A DNA stretch of 57,098 bases, taken from positions 13,365,589 to 13,422,686 of the forward strand of contig NC_068983.1 in assembly GCF_001194135.2 (NCBI RefSeq). Direction: 5' to 3'. The notes beneath the pieces are model-generated. The model was not told the DNA's origin and searched no databases. It worked only from the letters and a program-made list of their open reading frames with translations. The translations under genes were made by a program, and so were the position numbers. How positions within the stretch are numbered: the first letter of the stretch is position 1; the number at the start of each line of letters is the position of its first letter. The DNA comes from Octopus bimaculoides (Eukaryota). Of the stretch, positions 12,291 to 24,190 are shown in pieces.

Positions 12291-12454
12291 NNNNNNNNNN
12301 NNNNNNNNNNNNNNNNNNNNNNNNNNNNNNNNNNNNNNNNNNNNNNNNNNNNNNNNNNNNNNNNNNNNNNNNNNNNNNNNNNNNNNNNNNNNNNNNNNNN
12401 NNNNNNNNNNNNNNNNNNNNNNNNNNNNNNNNNNNNNNNNNNNNNNNNNNNNNN

Positions 12455-12486
<32 letters not shown>

Positions 12487-12631
12487 TAAATTTATGCGTG
12501 TGTAGAGGATATTTAATGTTTTACCATATACACTCTCTTCTGTGAAGCCTAGTTTCGACAGCAAATCTTAGAAGTAAACAGTATTTGTATTTTCATCGAC
12601 TGCATCGGTAACACAAAGCTGATAAAGAAGC

Positions 12632-12664
<33 letters not shown>

Positions 12665-12787
12665 CGAGTGCGAGAGAGAGAGAAGGAAGGTATGTGTGTC
12701 AATATATATGCAAGCGCACATGCACACAAGTTGATTTGTTGATTATATAAACGGATTGGCTGCTAGTTTCTTTGGGATTAGTAAAAT

Positions 12788-12849
12788 TGATGTTGACACC
12801 TCTGATGAGAGTCCAATAAGGTTCGAAAATCGATTAAGGCTGTTCATCA
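12788..12849 (+). ncRNA. Type I hammerhead ribozyme-like motif (Penelope-like, minimal stem III)
   Basis: CTGATGA 12802-08; stem II GAG(T)CC/GGTTC; GAAA 12825-28; palindromic AATCGATT; UUA triplet; stem I TGATG..GACACCT / AGG(C)TGTT CATCA. Confidence 0.7.
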
Positions 12850-12959
12850 TTTCTTCAATATATGGAGAAATAATTAAATTTTCTCTGTTTAAATGGTATC
12901 AACTATATAGGTTACATACATACATACATACATACATACACAACGATTTGCAAAGAAGC

Positions 12960-13375
12960 CTGCAGATGTTGCAAGCATGAGGATTACGTGCCAGTGCATG
13001 TGGTATATTTTCAGTCGCTTTTCCCGTTTGCGTTGCACCCCTAAGACTGTTAATGCTGGTTGAAACAAAGATTCTTATAAAATTTCGACAAGACGATCTC
13101 CATTTTGTTCGCTCGAAGGTTGTTTGCTCAAAGGTGTTGTGAACTCTGTTGACTGCTGTGAGGTTACTCTCCAGCTTGTTTTTATATATGAGCCATAGTC
13201 GATCAATATTCCTGTGCCCACCATCGAGTTGGCTGTACATGAGAACTTTAGGCATTCCTTCCTCACATTCTGAAGATATGACCAGCCCAGCGCAGTTGCG
13301 ACTACATAAGGAAGCTCTTGACGCCACCAATCTTACACTTGCTAAGCAGGTCGACATTAGCTACCCTGTCTTTTA
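12960..13375 (-). mobile_element. RTE-clade LINE 3' fragment
   Basis: KDRVANVDLL..QLRWAGHIFRM..MPKVLMYSQLDGGHRNIDRLWLIYKNKLESNL..FERTKWRSSC resembles the RTE ORF C-terminus. Confidence 0.75.
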
Positions 13376-14848
13376 GTGAATAGCCGAATATTATATGGAT
13401 GGTACATGTTTGCCAGTAGGTTTCATCAGCGCGTATATGACCTAGTCCCTATATTAGAATTTTACCTAGTTTCACCCTATTAATTCTCTTACACTCAAAT
13501 ATTCCTACTATGTTTCCTTCGATACACGGAAATTTAAAGTTAAGTTGCGCTAGGAAATCAGCGCTATATACATTTAATAGGGAGTAATAAATTTTCTCGG
13601 TTTCATTATCCTTTAACTTTCTCTATCTGTAGTTACTCCTTAACCTAGGAAGCTCTCGAAAGCCTAAAGACAATTTTCATTCGCTTTGACAAAATTATGA
13701 AGAAGAAAGCGACATTATTATAATTCTGATTTATAAATATACACGTAAAATAGCAATGCAGAGACAATTATGAAAAAAAATATTCAAAATCACACACATA
13801 AGGATAATATTCATATGTCTAGTCTTGCAGGCAGCTATGATTAAATTCAAATTGTTTGGAATGTAAACTGAAACCGACTAGTTTCATCTTACATTGACAA
13901 TTCATCAGGGATTGTTTATCTATGTGTTCCAAATTAACAAAAGTTAGTACAACAGATTATTTATAGAAATGTGGACAAGATCTAGCATCGAGACGGAACA
14001 AAATTTGCATAATGATGGAAAGTTGAGTGTCAATCACTAATAACTACAGCATCGATACAGCATAGTGAAGAATAAATACGAAAATAAAATTATTTGTATG
14101 ATTAATAAACACAGATCTTTGATTGATTCCAAGCTACAGGGATCTCTGAGTTTTAACCACAAAATCCTACTTTCTACGATATATATATATATATATATTC
14201 ATGAACTTATCGATGAAAATTCATGAATTTAATTGCGTTTTTACCTGTAAATTTGGATTTTTATCCCAAATATTATTATTGTTATTATATATAGATATAC
14301 ATATGTGTATATATATATAAATATATATATATATGTATGTATATGTATATTTATGTATANNNNNNNNNNNNNNNNNNNNNNNNNNNNNNNNNNNNNNNNN
14401 NNNNNNNNNNNNNNNNNNNNNNNNNNNNNNNNNNNNNNNNNNNNNNNNNNNNNNNNNNNNNNNNNNNNNNNNNNNNNNNNNNNNNNNNNNNNNNNNNNNN
14501 NNNNNNNNNNNNNNNNNNNNNNNNNNNNNNNNNNNNNNNNNNNNNNNNNNNNNNNNNNNNNNNNNNNNNNNNNNNNNNNNNNNNNNNNNNNNNNNNNNNN
14601 NNNNNNNNNNNNNNNNNNNNNNNNNNNNNNNNNNNNNNNNNNNNNNNNNNNNNNNNNNNNNNNNNNNNNNNNNNNNNNNNNNNNNNNNNNNNNNNNNNNN
14701 NNNNNNNNNNNNNNNNNNNNNNNNNNNNNNNNNNNNNNNNNNNNNNNNNNNNNNNNNNNNNNNNNNNNNNNNNNNNNNNNNNNNNNNNNNNNNNNNNNGT
14801 GTAAATAGCAAAAGTATATATTAGTATGACGCTCGGGAATACGGAAAG

Positions 14849-14885
14849 TCTTTGACGTTTCGAGCTACGCTCTTCAACAGAAAGA
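14849..14885 (-). ncRNA. Minimal type I hammerhead-like motif with variant core (CUGUUGA)
   Basis: Minus strand TCTTT CTGTTGA A GAGC gta GCTC GAAACGTC AAAGA: perfect 5 bp stem I, 4 bp stem II, ACGT palindrome, GUC triplet. Confidence 0.55.
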
Positions 14886-15076
14886 ATACGGAGACGTATA
14901 TATAAATACACATACACACACATATATGATGTTCGTCCAAAATGAAACGTGCCATTTAAAGCGGTGTGCCATTCATCCGGGGCAGTGTACCTGCGAATAT
15001 ACTGCCGTATATGGGTGACCTAGATATTGAATTGTATGATAACATCATGAGACTGCACCAATTCCACACCTACTTA

Positions 15077-15110
15077 TCTATCTATCTAGATAGATAGATA
15101 GATAGATAGG

Positions 15111-15175
<65 letters not shown>
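15077..15175. repeat. (GATA)n microsatellite
   Basis: Direct reading. Confidence 0.95.
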
Positions 15176-15472
15176 GGCTATAGGCATACAGACGTTTATA
15201 CAAATATACATACACGCAAATATGCACAGACATATGCACAAACACATATATAATACATACATACATGCATACATACATATGTATATATATATAAATATAT
15301 ATATCTGATGGTAGGAAAAGATCTCGAAACTTTAATAAACTTGAGAAAGTAATACTTCCAAACTAAACATGAAGGAGTAATAATGAAATATGAAAAATCT
15401 TTAATAAAATTATTGAACTCGCAGGCAGTTCTGTCTTCAGTATAGCATGTTTAGAAGAAAAGTTGTTACACA

Positions 15473-15517
<45 letters not shown>

Positions 15518-17519
15518 NNNNNNNNNNNNNNNNNNNNNNNNNNNNNNNNNNNNNNNNNNNNNNNNNNNNNNNNNNNNNNNNNNNNNNNNNNNNNNNNNNN
15601 NNNNNNNNNNNNNNNNNNNNNNNNNNNNNNNNNNNNNNNNNNNNNNNNNNNNNNNNNNNNNNNNNNNNNNNNNNNNNNNNNNNNNNNNNNNNNNNNNNNN
15701 NNNNNNNNNNNNNNNNNNNNNNNNNNNNNNNNNNNNNNNNNNNNNNNNNNNNNNNNNNNNNNNNNNNNNNNNNNNNNNNNNNNNNNNNNNNNNNNNNNNN
15801 NNNNNNNNNNNNNNNNNNNNNNNNNNNNNNNNNNNNNNNNNNNNNNNNNNNNNNNNNNNNNNNNNNNNNNNNNNNNNNNNNNNNNNNNNNNNNNNNNNNN
15901 NNNNNNNNNNNNNNNNNNNNNNNNNNNNNNNNNNNNNNNNNNNNNNNNNNNNNNNNNNNNNNNNNNNNNNNNNNNNNNNNNNNNNNNNNNNNNNNNNNNN
16001 NNNNNNNNNNNNNNNNNNNNNNNNNNNNNNNNNNNNNNNNNNNNNNNNNNNNNNNNNNNNNNNNNNNNNNNNNNNNNNNNNNNNNNNNNNNNNNNNNNNN
16101 NNNNNNNNNNNNNNNNNNNNNNNNNNNNNNNNNNNNNNNNNNNNNNNNNNNNNNNNNNNNNNNNNNNNNNNNNNNNNNNNNNNNNNNNNNNNNNNNNNNN
16201 NNNNNNNNNNNNNNNNNNNNNNNNNNNNNNNNNNNNNNNNNNNNATATATATAATCATAAAAACACTAAACGATGAAAAATGTGGAGATATAAATATGAA
16301 TTAGAGAGTTTTATCTCATGGACTTTTTGCTTGGAACCATATGTAAAAAAATTACATTGATATGTTGTTTTCGTTCAATCTTCAATCAGTTTCTTGGTGC
16401 AACAGCAAAATAATACAGTCTGAAATTACCAATAACATCATGATCATTAATTTTACCAGCGTCATTGCTAGGGATTTTTTTAGGGACAGAAACACCAGTA
16501 GTGGAACAACTGGGAAGAAGTCGCGAAGAACAGAATTGAGCTGTGATGAATGTTTCGTTTTCATATATTTTGGGATTTGATTTACATGATTTTTGTTATG
16601 AACTCCTGTGTTGAAATGGATTTTTTTTTGTATCTCGAAGCAGAGCCGGAGTAGAGAAGGTATGTTATTGATGAGATAACGAATGGCGATGAAAGTATTT
16701 TGACAAACATAGCTAATCAATAAATATCAAGCATTTGTTTCGTTAATTAGTTACCTGGTTGACTAATTGACAAATAGTAATAAAAGAAGTGAAATAGAAC
16801 CAGTTCATGTGTTTACTAATTGCATATTTGCCCTGCTGAGATACAACAAAAACTGTAATGAAGTTGAGTTTAAAATGTCGAGTGAAAATGTTCAACATCT
16901 CAATCTCTTCAGTAGCGTAATGCCACTAAACTGTGTTGTCTCGATTTAGAAAACATTTAACCAGATCGGAGAGAAATCTGTTTTGCTTCCTCTTCCTCAT
17001 TCTGTGAAAGGACAGGTCTCGGTAACCTGGAGGTTCTTTTCTGCCAACAAGAGCATCAGATGTTCCTTGAACGCCGTAACTGACAATACTGGTACAGGCG
17101 CTGAGATTGTTATATTTGAAAAGATTTCTGAACGTCAACAATGATGGACGGGTGCCGGTTTCTGTACATATAGACACCACACGAAAGCATTTACATGTAC
17201 GTTCTTAAATGGCTGGCCAATGCATTTATGAGCTGGATGTTCTATATTTTGAAGAAAAAAATGTTGTTTTCGTTTTTGCCTGAATGGAAATTAACTTCTT
17301 GTCGTATAGAAGTAGAAGTTTTTACTAATCACTACTCGGAAAAGAAGATCTGTAGGTTTTAAAATACTGATTATATAAATGTCATTTGTTTTGATACTCT
17401 ACATAATCTGTGATAATAACCAAGATTAACGAACCGAAGAAATGCAAACTTCGAAGAATAAAAATGTCTCAGATGTGATGTCAATTTACGCATAGCCTAA
17501 CAGAACAGGTGCAAGCATT

Positions 17520-18115
17520 CTTCTTTTTGTTATTTGTTTCAGCCATTTGCCTGCGGCAATGCTGGAGCACCGCCTTATAGTCGAACAAATCGACCTCGGG
17601 ACTTGTTCTTTGTAGGCCTAGTACGTATTCTATTGAACTCTTTTGTCGAACCGCTAGGTTATGGGGACATGAACACACCAACATCGGTTGTCAAGCGATG
17701 GTGGGGGGGGACAAACACAGATATATAAACACACGCACATACATACACACATATATAGGTTATGAGGGGTAATGGTGTCAGTAAGACCCAAAAGTGTCAG
17801 GTAATGCTGAGTAAGTGCTATGAATAGCCCATAGTTAAGCTCCAGGTTCGGACCGAACCTACACACAAACATATATATGCTGCAGGCTTCTTTCAGTTTC
17901 CGTCAACCAAATCCACTCACAAGCCTTTGGTTGGCCCGANNNNNNNNNNATATATATGCTGCAGGCTTCTTTCAGTTTCCGTCAACCAAATCCACTCACA
18001 AGCCTTTGGTTGGCCCGAGGCTATAGTAGAAGACACTTGCCCAAGGTGCCACGGAGTGGGACTGAACCCGGAACCATGTGGTTGGTAAGCAAGCTACTTA
18101 CCACACAGCCGCTCC
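17520..18115 (-). mobile_element. SINE family A, near full length, with an internal insertion and a gap-duplicated segment
   Basis: Reverse complement of head and tail both present around the internal microsatellite. Confidence 0.9.
17757..17860. mobile_element. 104 bp insertion with AGGTT/AACCT ends inside the SINE microsatellite
   Basis: Absent from other family A copies; ends in the palindrome AGGTTCGG-A-CCGAACCT. Confidence 0.5.
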
Positions 18116-18991
18116 TGCTGTGTTGTTTAGAATACGTTTAGCAAATACGTGGTCTCGGTTTCAATACTTTGAGCAAGTCTCTTCTACCATAGGCACGAAC
18201 TGGCCGAGTGTTGTGAGTGAAATGTAGTATATGAACATCGAGTGGAACGGATTGTTCCAGATTTGCTCTGTTAAATACCAATACAATAACTAGTTCCTCA
18301 GGTGCTTTCTGTAAAGTCCACTCTGTTACATGTTTTCGGGTTAGTGATCTAGTTGGACGATCACACACTACATCGAAACTCCTTCCTTGATGCGTCCTTT
18401 ACATGAGGTAGTGTCATATAATCATCTTTCCTTGATGTATGATTTAATATGGATTGTTATGTTTCATTTTATTTTAGCTTATTGTGTTGTATTATCTTAA
18501 GTACCATACTACAAAGCTATATTTTACATCTAGTGGTGTAAAAATAATGACGACATTGCATTTCAAATGTATTTTTGAAATATTTTTCACGTGTTTAAAA
18601 TAATTTTTTTGTCGCATTTCAACAACATTCGTACATACTGTTCTATGTTATACAACATCTAGAAAGGAAGTGAAATACATCCATTCAATTTGTTAATATA
18701 TTACATTGTGTGTACTTCTTACACTTCTTACACTTGTTTAGCGCAAATAACACAACTAATGTCGCAAAATCTTCCGAGACAAGTGAGAAAACATTCAGGA
18801 AACTTATACTGTACCTTACAGAATTTGTTGAGATATTTTGAGGCATAATTTTTAATAATCAACCATGATTCATATATTCCAACAATTTTTTTTTTTTTTT
18901 ATTTAATGAGCCCGCTCGAATAAATCGGGTGTAGCAAACTAGGAGGACCAATTCTTTTCAAATATTCCAGTGGCTATTTCATAATCTTTTC

Positions 18992-19126
18992 TACTCTGGA
19001 CACAAGGCCCGAAATTTTGGGGGAGGGGGCCAGTCGATTAGATCGACCCCATTACGCAACTCGTACTTAATTTATCGACCCAAAAAGGATAAAAGGCAAA
19101 GTTGACCTCGGCGGGAGTCTACTTCA
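18992..19126 (-). mobile_element. SINE family C 3' half
   Basis: GCACAAGGCCCGAAATTTTGG...GTACTTAATTTATCGACCC..AAAGGCAAAGTTGACCTCGGCGG. Confidence 0.85.
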
Positions 19127-19425
19127 TAATCTTTGGTTACTCTACCTAAGCCGTTAATTACATTTGTCCAAAGTATTACACTATATCTTTTCAAGGCTAT
19201 CTCCCAATAATTTCTCAGTTCCTTTATTTGCTTTTTATTGATCTTTTCTCTGTATTAATGTATAGATAAATTTTAAATCATCTCTAAAAACACTTCTTCA
19301 TGTCTTTAAAGAGATGATTTTTTCAAATATGATTTTTCCAAATCTTGTCACTCTTTTTCCTTCAAAATCGCATATTTAATTCATATATACAACTTGCTTT
19401 ATACCATGGTAGTAGTAGTAGTAGG

Positions 19426-19829
19426 TGGAGGCGCAATGGCCCAGTGGTTAGGGCAGCGGATTCGCGGTCATAGGATCGCGGTTTCGATTCCCAGACCGGG
19501 CATTGTGAGTGTTTATTGAACGAAAACACCTAAAGAGCTGTACGAGGCTCCGGCAGGGGATGGTGGCGAACCCTGCTGTACTCTTTCACCACAACTTTCT
19601 CTCAATCTTACTTCCTGTTTCTGCTGTGCCTCTAATTCAAAGGGTCAGCCTTGTCACACTGTGTCACGCTGAATATCCCCGAGAACTACGTTAAAGGTAC
19701 ACGTGTCTGTGGAGTGCTCAGCCACTTGCACGTTAATTTCACGAGCAGGCTGTTCCGTTGATCGGATCAACTGGAACCCTCGACGTCGTAAGCGATGGAG
19801 TGCCAACAACAACAACAACAACAACAACA
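19426..19829 (+). mobile_element. SINE family B, full length, (AAC)n tail
   Basis: tRNA-like head TGGCCCAGTGGTTAGG...GGTTTCGATTCCC; near identical to 29741, 37835 and 21424; inserted in a (GTA)n run. Confidence 0.95.
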
Positions 19830-20019
19830 GTAGTAGTAGATAAACGGCGTGTTGTTTTACTAGCTATTCAATTTTTTTTTGTCATTTTATTTTACTGACA
19901 GACGTTACTGAACGGAAGTTACTGACAAGTAAGGAAATGTCCGTCTTCTCTTAAATTATCTCACTGACAAACACGCCACAATATCTCCTTATTGTCATGA
20001 TACTTTTTCTTTTCTCTAA

Positions 20020-20330
20020 AGGCCTCTGATCCACGGAGCTGCCCAATCAGGTTTGTCTGAGTGCACTCAGCCACTACCGACCGACTCATCTCTTCATTTC
20101 GCATCATTCTTGTAACATGCACCAACATGCCACCCAGGCCCTGCATTCCCACTCTTCCCAGTATTTCCTACCTCGAACATCATCCCTCTAGGATCCACTC
20201 CTTGCGCATGTCTTCTCCCGCAGGTCTTAGCTTGCAACAGTACAAGCGCAACATTCATGCCATTAAGCTCCCCCATCTCGGAAAGTCTGTAAAAGTCATT
20301 GATATTCCCTCGTCCTCTGCAAAATTCAGT
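20020..20330 (-). mobile_element. Possible very old LINE C-terminal fragment
   Basis: EILGRVGMQGLGGMLVHVTRMMRNEEMSRSVV loosely resembles the RTE C-terminal ..GHV.RM.. motif. Confidence 0.25.
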
Positions 20331-20814
20331 CAGTAAACTAGAAAAATAACGCTAACTCCTATTCTTTGCATACGTTAATTATCAAAATACAGACCAAAAT
20401 GTTGAGAGTGAAACATTAATCTGTTATACAGAATTTACACTATCACTACTTTCTTTAAGATATCTTATTCCATTGTCGAATGTTTTCAAGTAGCCTTCTT
20501 AGTACATTTTCAGATCATCAGTAGACAGATATTTCTAAGTGATAAATTGTAAGATACAATGGTGTTAACTCATAATATTACAAAACTTGTTTCTTGAAGT
20601 AGAACTTTTATCAATATTTTACTCAAGCAACAACAACACCCATCTGGAGAACAGCTCGGTCTTTGAACATTTACTTAAAGTGGAACTCAATGGGTTACTT
20701 TTTGTTGCTCTCGTCAAAGACTTCCAGTATTATCCAGCAGTTATCTACCATCTTTTTATGAGAAAATATACAGACAGTATCTTCTGCATCTTCCTCTACA
20801 TCAACAGCTGCACG

Positions 20815-20835
20815 GTAGTAGTAGTAGTAGTAGTA

Positions 20836-20915
<80 letters not shown>

Positions 20916-20948
20916 AAGAAGAAGAAGAAGAAGAAGAAGAAGAAGAAG
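20815..20948. repeat. Compound (GTA)n(ATA)n(AGA)n microsatellite
   Basis: Direct reading. Confidence 0.95.
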
Positions 20949-21423
20949 GTGATGATAATGAATCACCATTATATTTATATTTTTCACCGTCATCTTTTTC
21001 TCTATATTATCAATATTATTAAGGTTATTGTCGTTATCATTAGATTTAACAACAACAACAACAACAACAATAACAATCTTATCATATATCATCATCTTCA
21101 TTTATAGATGATACTTATGTTCTTTCTGATATGATACTAACTTTTAAATACTTTATATTCTTTTATAGCATATACATTTTTGTCTGCATATTCATTTGTA
21201 TTATTTGTCTGGAGATAAATGATAAATATTTAAAAATCGCTATTATTTTAATGTTTTTGTTGTTGTTTTTCTTTTATAATTCTGTTTATATCAGACGTAA
21301 CAGTTGCTTGATAAATGTTTCATGGCTACTGCTGATGCTGCTTTCGTTGTACAGAACATAATGCAAATGTAAATAGCTAAATAATATCAATAACCTAGTG
21401 GATACATCGTCGGAATTAAGGTT

Positions 21424-21809
21424 GTTGTTGGCACTCCGTCGCTTACGACATCGAGGGTTCCAGTTGATCCGATCAACGGAACAGCCTGCTCGTGAAATTA
21501 ACGTGCAAGTGGCTAAGCACTCCACAGACACGTGTACCCTTAACGTAGTTCTCGGGGAGATTCAGCGTGACACAGTGTGACAAGGTTGACACTTTGAATT
21601 ACAGGCACGACAGAAACAGGAAGTAAGAGTGAGAGAAAGTTGTGGTGAAAGAGTACAGCAGGGTTCGCCACCATCCCCTGCCGGAGCCTCGTGGAGCTTT
21701 AGGTGTTTTCGCTCAAAAAAACACTCACAACGCCCGGTCTGGGAATTGAAACTGTGATCCTATGGCCGCGAGTCCGCTGCCCTAACCAATAGGCCATTGC
21801 GCCTCCACT
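21424..21809 (-). mobile_element. SINE family B, full length, with 12 bp TSD
   Basis: TSD GGAATTAAGGTT at 21412-21423 and 21810-21821. Confidence 0.95.
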
Positions 21810-21854
21810 GGAATTAAGGTTACCTTAGCATAAACTTGTTAAGTATTATTGTTG

Positions 21855-22132
21855 TTGTTTGTTCCTTCTCGAGCTATGCCTGGCTCAAAAGGGCCGGTTC
21901 CTCACTTTCATTGGCGTATAGGTTCCCCACCTGGACGGGACGCCGTTCCGTCGCAGGTGAGCTGCTAAATGCAGGAGGAAAATGTGAGAGAAAGTTGTGG
22001 CGAAAAAGTCAGCAGAAGTTCGCCATTACCTTTTGCTGGAGACGCGTGGAGCTTAGGGGTTTCGCGCACAAACACATCCGCGATCCCTCGATCGCCAGTA
22101 CGGTGCTCTAACCATAAGGCCATGTGCCTCTA
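21855..22132 (-). mobile_element. Diverged mosaic SINE (B-like head, D-like tail)
   Basis: GAGAGAAAGTTGTGG and CTAACCATAAGGCCATG are shared with B; CTGGACGGGACGCC is shared with D. Confidence 0.65.
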
Positions 22133-22244
22133 CTTGTTAAGTATTTCTCTGTATAAATTCTGAGGTTTCCCTTGTATAAAAAATGCGGAATTGTCTAAAA
22201 GATGGGGGACAAACACAGATGCACAAATACATACATACATATAT

Positions 22245-22308
<64 letters not shown>

Positions 22309-22309
<1 letters not shown>

Positions 22310-22604
22310 GCGTAGTGGTTAAGAGAGCGGGCTACAAAACCCAAGATTCCGAGTTCGATTTCAGGCAGTGACCTGGATAATAATAATAAGAAGAAGAATA
22401 AAAACAACAACATCGAAAAATACCTTACGAATGAGAACCCAGGTTCGAAATTTCCCCAAGACACCTGATGAAGGCTGGAAGGTATATCGGCCGAAAAGTT
22501 GTGTTAACAACAAACACGATGGGGACAAATATCCATCAAATGTAAATAATGTAAATAATGTAAATAATGTACATAATTATTCATCTCTTAAATATAGAAC
22601 TGTA
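22309..22604 (+). mobile_element. SINE family E: tRNA-like head, (AAT)n, hammerhead-like body, (TGTAAATAA)n tail
   Basis: A-box TAGTGGTTAAG and B-box GAGTTCGATT; the same head recurs on the minus strand at 39940-40025. Confidence 0.75.
22460..22505 (+). ncRNA. Minimal type I hammerhead-like motif inside SINE E
   Basis: GACAC CTGATGA A GGCTG..CGGCC GAAA AGT T GTGTT: stems I and II pair; stem III absent and not palindromic in this copy (AAGT). Confidence 0.6.
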
Positions 22605-23700
22605 TTTCTTTATGTTATTAATAAATGCCAGCAGAGTAATTAAGACTATAGGGATCCGTGGAAATTCAACGTTCCATGGAAGTGACCTGCTAATCATTTT
22701 TAAGATAGTGTTGTACGATATGAATGAAATATATCTTTGGCTTTTTTTTTTTCGTACAAGATTTAGTAAACGTGTTGTCTCCCTCATTGGTTCGTCATAG
22801 TAATACCATTGTTATTTTGAATGCTAAATCATTCTCTCGATCATTTCCGCAGCGGTTGTTTAGATAACAACATTACTTAAGCCAGATGAATTTAATGTAC
22901 TATAGAATGTTAATGAATTTATTGAATTTATACACAATTCTAATCTTGTTTCGTTACATGTTTATTCATAGTGATATTTAAAATTACATTACATATAAGA
23001 TGTTGAGAATGTATTGAGTCATTGTTGAATTCTACAATAAAACATGAAATCGCTGTTTAGATAATGCACAGTGAATTATCTCCCCTTCGTTCTCCCACTT
23101 TTAAAACACAATTCGGTTTTCATTTCTGTCATCTTTTCCTCCTCGTTACATTATTTCCAGCATTTCTTCTGTTATTTCTTTCTCTCTTCGCACATTATAT
23201 TTCTTTACACATTATATTTACTTCTTAAACCATTATAATATATATAATTCTGTAACATAGCATTCATAGATGAAGAAGTAGTCTCAATATATCTGGATGA
23301 AGTCGCAATTATCCAAGTGTTTCGACTCATGTTGTGCTTGAGATAATGGCATAAACTTGATCTCATTATCTGTATTGTGTTATATTTTCTTAACTCGGAG
23401 TGGAAAAAAAAATAAATGGTGATAACATTCAAAATAATCACTGATAAACCCTACACCTGAAATTGTTAAGATGAAAGATATAAATCTATATATGTGTGCG
23501 TGTCTTTAATTTCCTTGCTTCTAACATTTTATTTAATTTAAATTATCTCAGAAACTCACACAGACGAAACTTTCAAATATTATTCTTTCGTCATATAAAA
23601 TAAAAATAAAAGCATCGTCTGTTAATTGAATGATACAAGATCACTGATTGTACGCGCTACGTTTTATATCTGAAATCTCTAATTACGAAACAAAAAAAAT

Positions 23701-23733
<33 letters not shown>

Positions 23734-24136
23734 NNNNNNNNNNNNNNNNNNNNNNNNNNNNNNNNNNNNNNNNNNNNNNNNNNNNNNNNNNNNNNNNNNN
23801 NNNNNNNNNNNNNNNNNNNNNNNNNNNNNNNNNNNNNNNNNNNNNNNNNNNNNNNNNNNNNNNNNNNNNNNNNNNNNNNNNNNNNNNNNNNNNNNNNNNN
23901 NNNNNNNNNNNNNNNNNNNNNNNNNNNNNNNNNNNNNNNNNNNNNNNNNNNNNNNNNNNNNNNNNNNNNNNNNNNNNNNNNNNNNNNNNNNNNNNNNNNN
24001 NNNNNNNNNNNNNNNNNNNNNNNNNNNNNNNNNNNNNNNNNNNNNNNNNNNNNNNNNNNNNNNNNNNNNNNNNNNNNNNNNNNNNNNNNNNNNNNNNNNN
24101 NNNNNNNNNNNNNNNNNNNNNNNNNNNNNNNNNNNN

Positions 24137-24190
<54 letters not shown>

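Noticed and set aside
13870-13915. CTGATGA..GAAA on the minus strand (similar cases at 20500-20525 and 29550-29570)
   Set aside because: Stem I and/or stem II do not pair, so these are not hammerheads.
6222-16304. Many 150-300 aa ORFs in the ORF track
   Set aside because: They are open only because they cross N gaps and dinucleotide or tetranucleotide repeats (poly-X, YIYI, CVCV, HTHT).
17870-18020. Exact duplication of about 70 bp on both sides of a 10-N gap
   Set aside because: Typical overlap artefact of scaffolding; the same pattern appears at 35680-35715.
19426-19500. tRNA-like sequences at SINE heads (also 22309, 29741, 37835, 56100)
   Set aside because: They keep A and B boxes but run into SINE bodies with no acceptor stem, so they are not tRNA genes.
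20587-20810. Coding-looking stretch before the trinucleotide block
   Set aside because: Apart from the + frame that runs on into the microsatellite, frames are short, and no family motif could be identified with confidence.
21286-21580. Recurring ORFs such as MSVECLATCTLISRAG (also 29873, 38058, 50825)
   Set aside because: Chance open frames within SINE B copies; their recurrence reflects the repeat, not a protein family.
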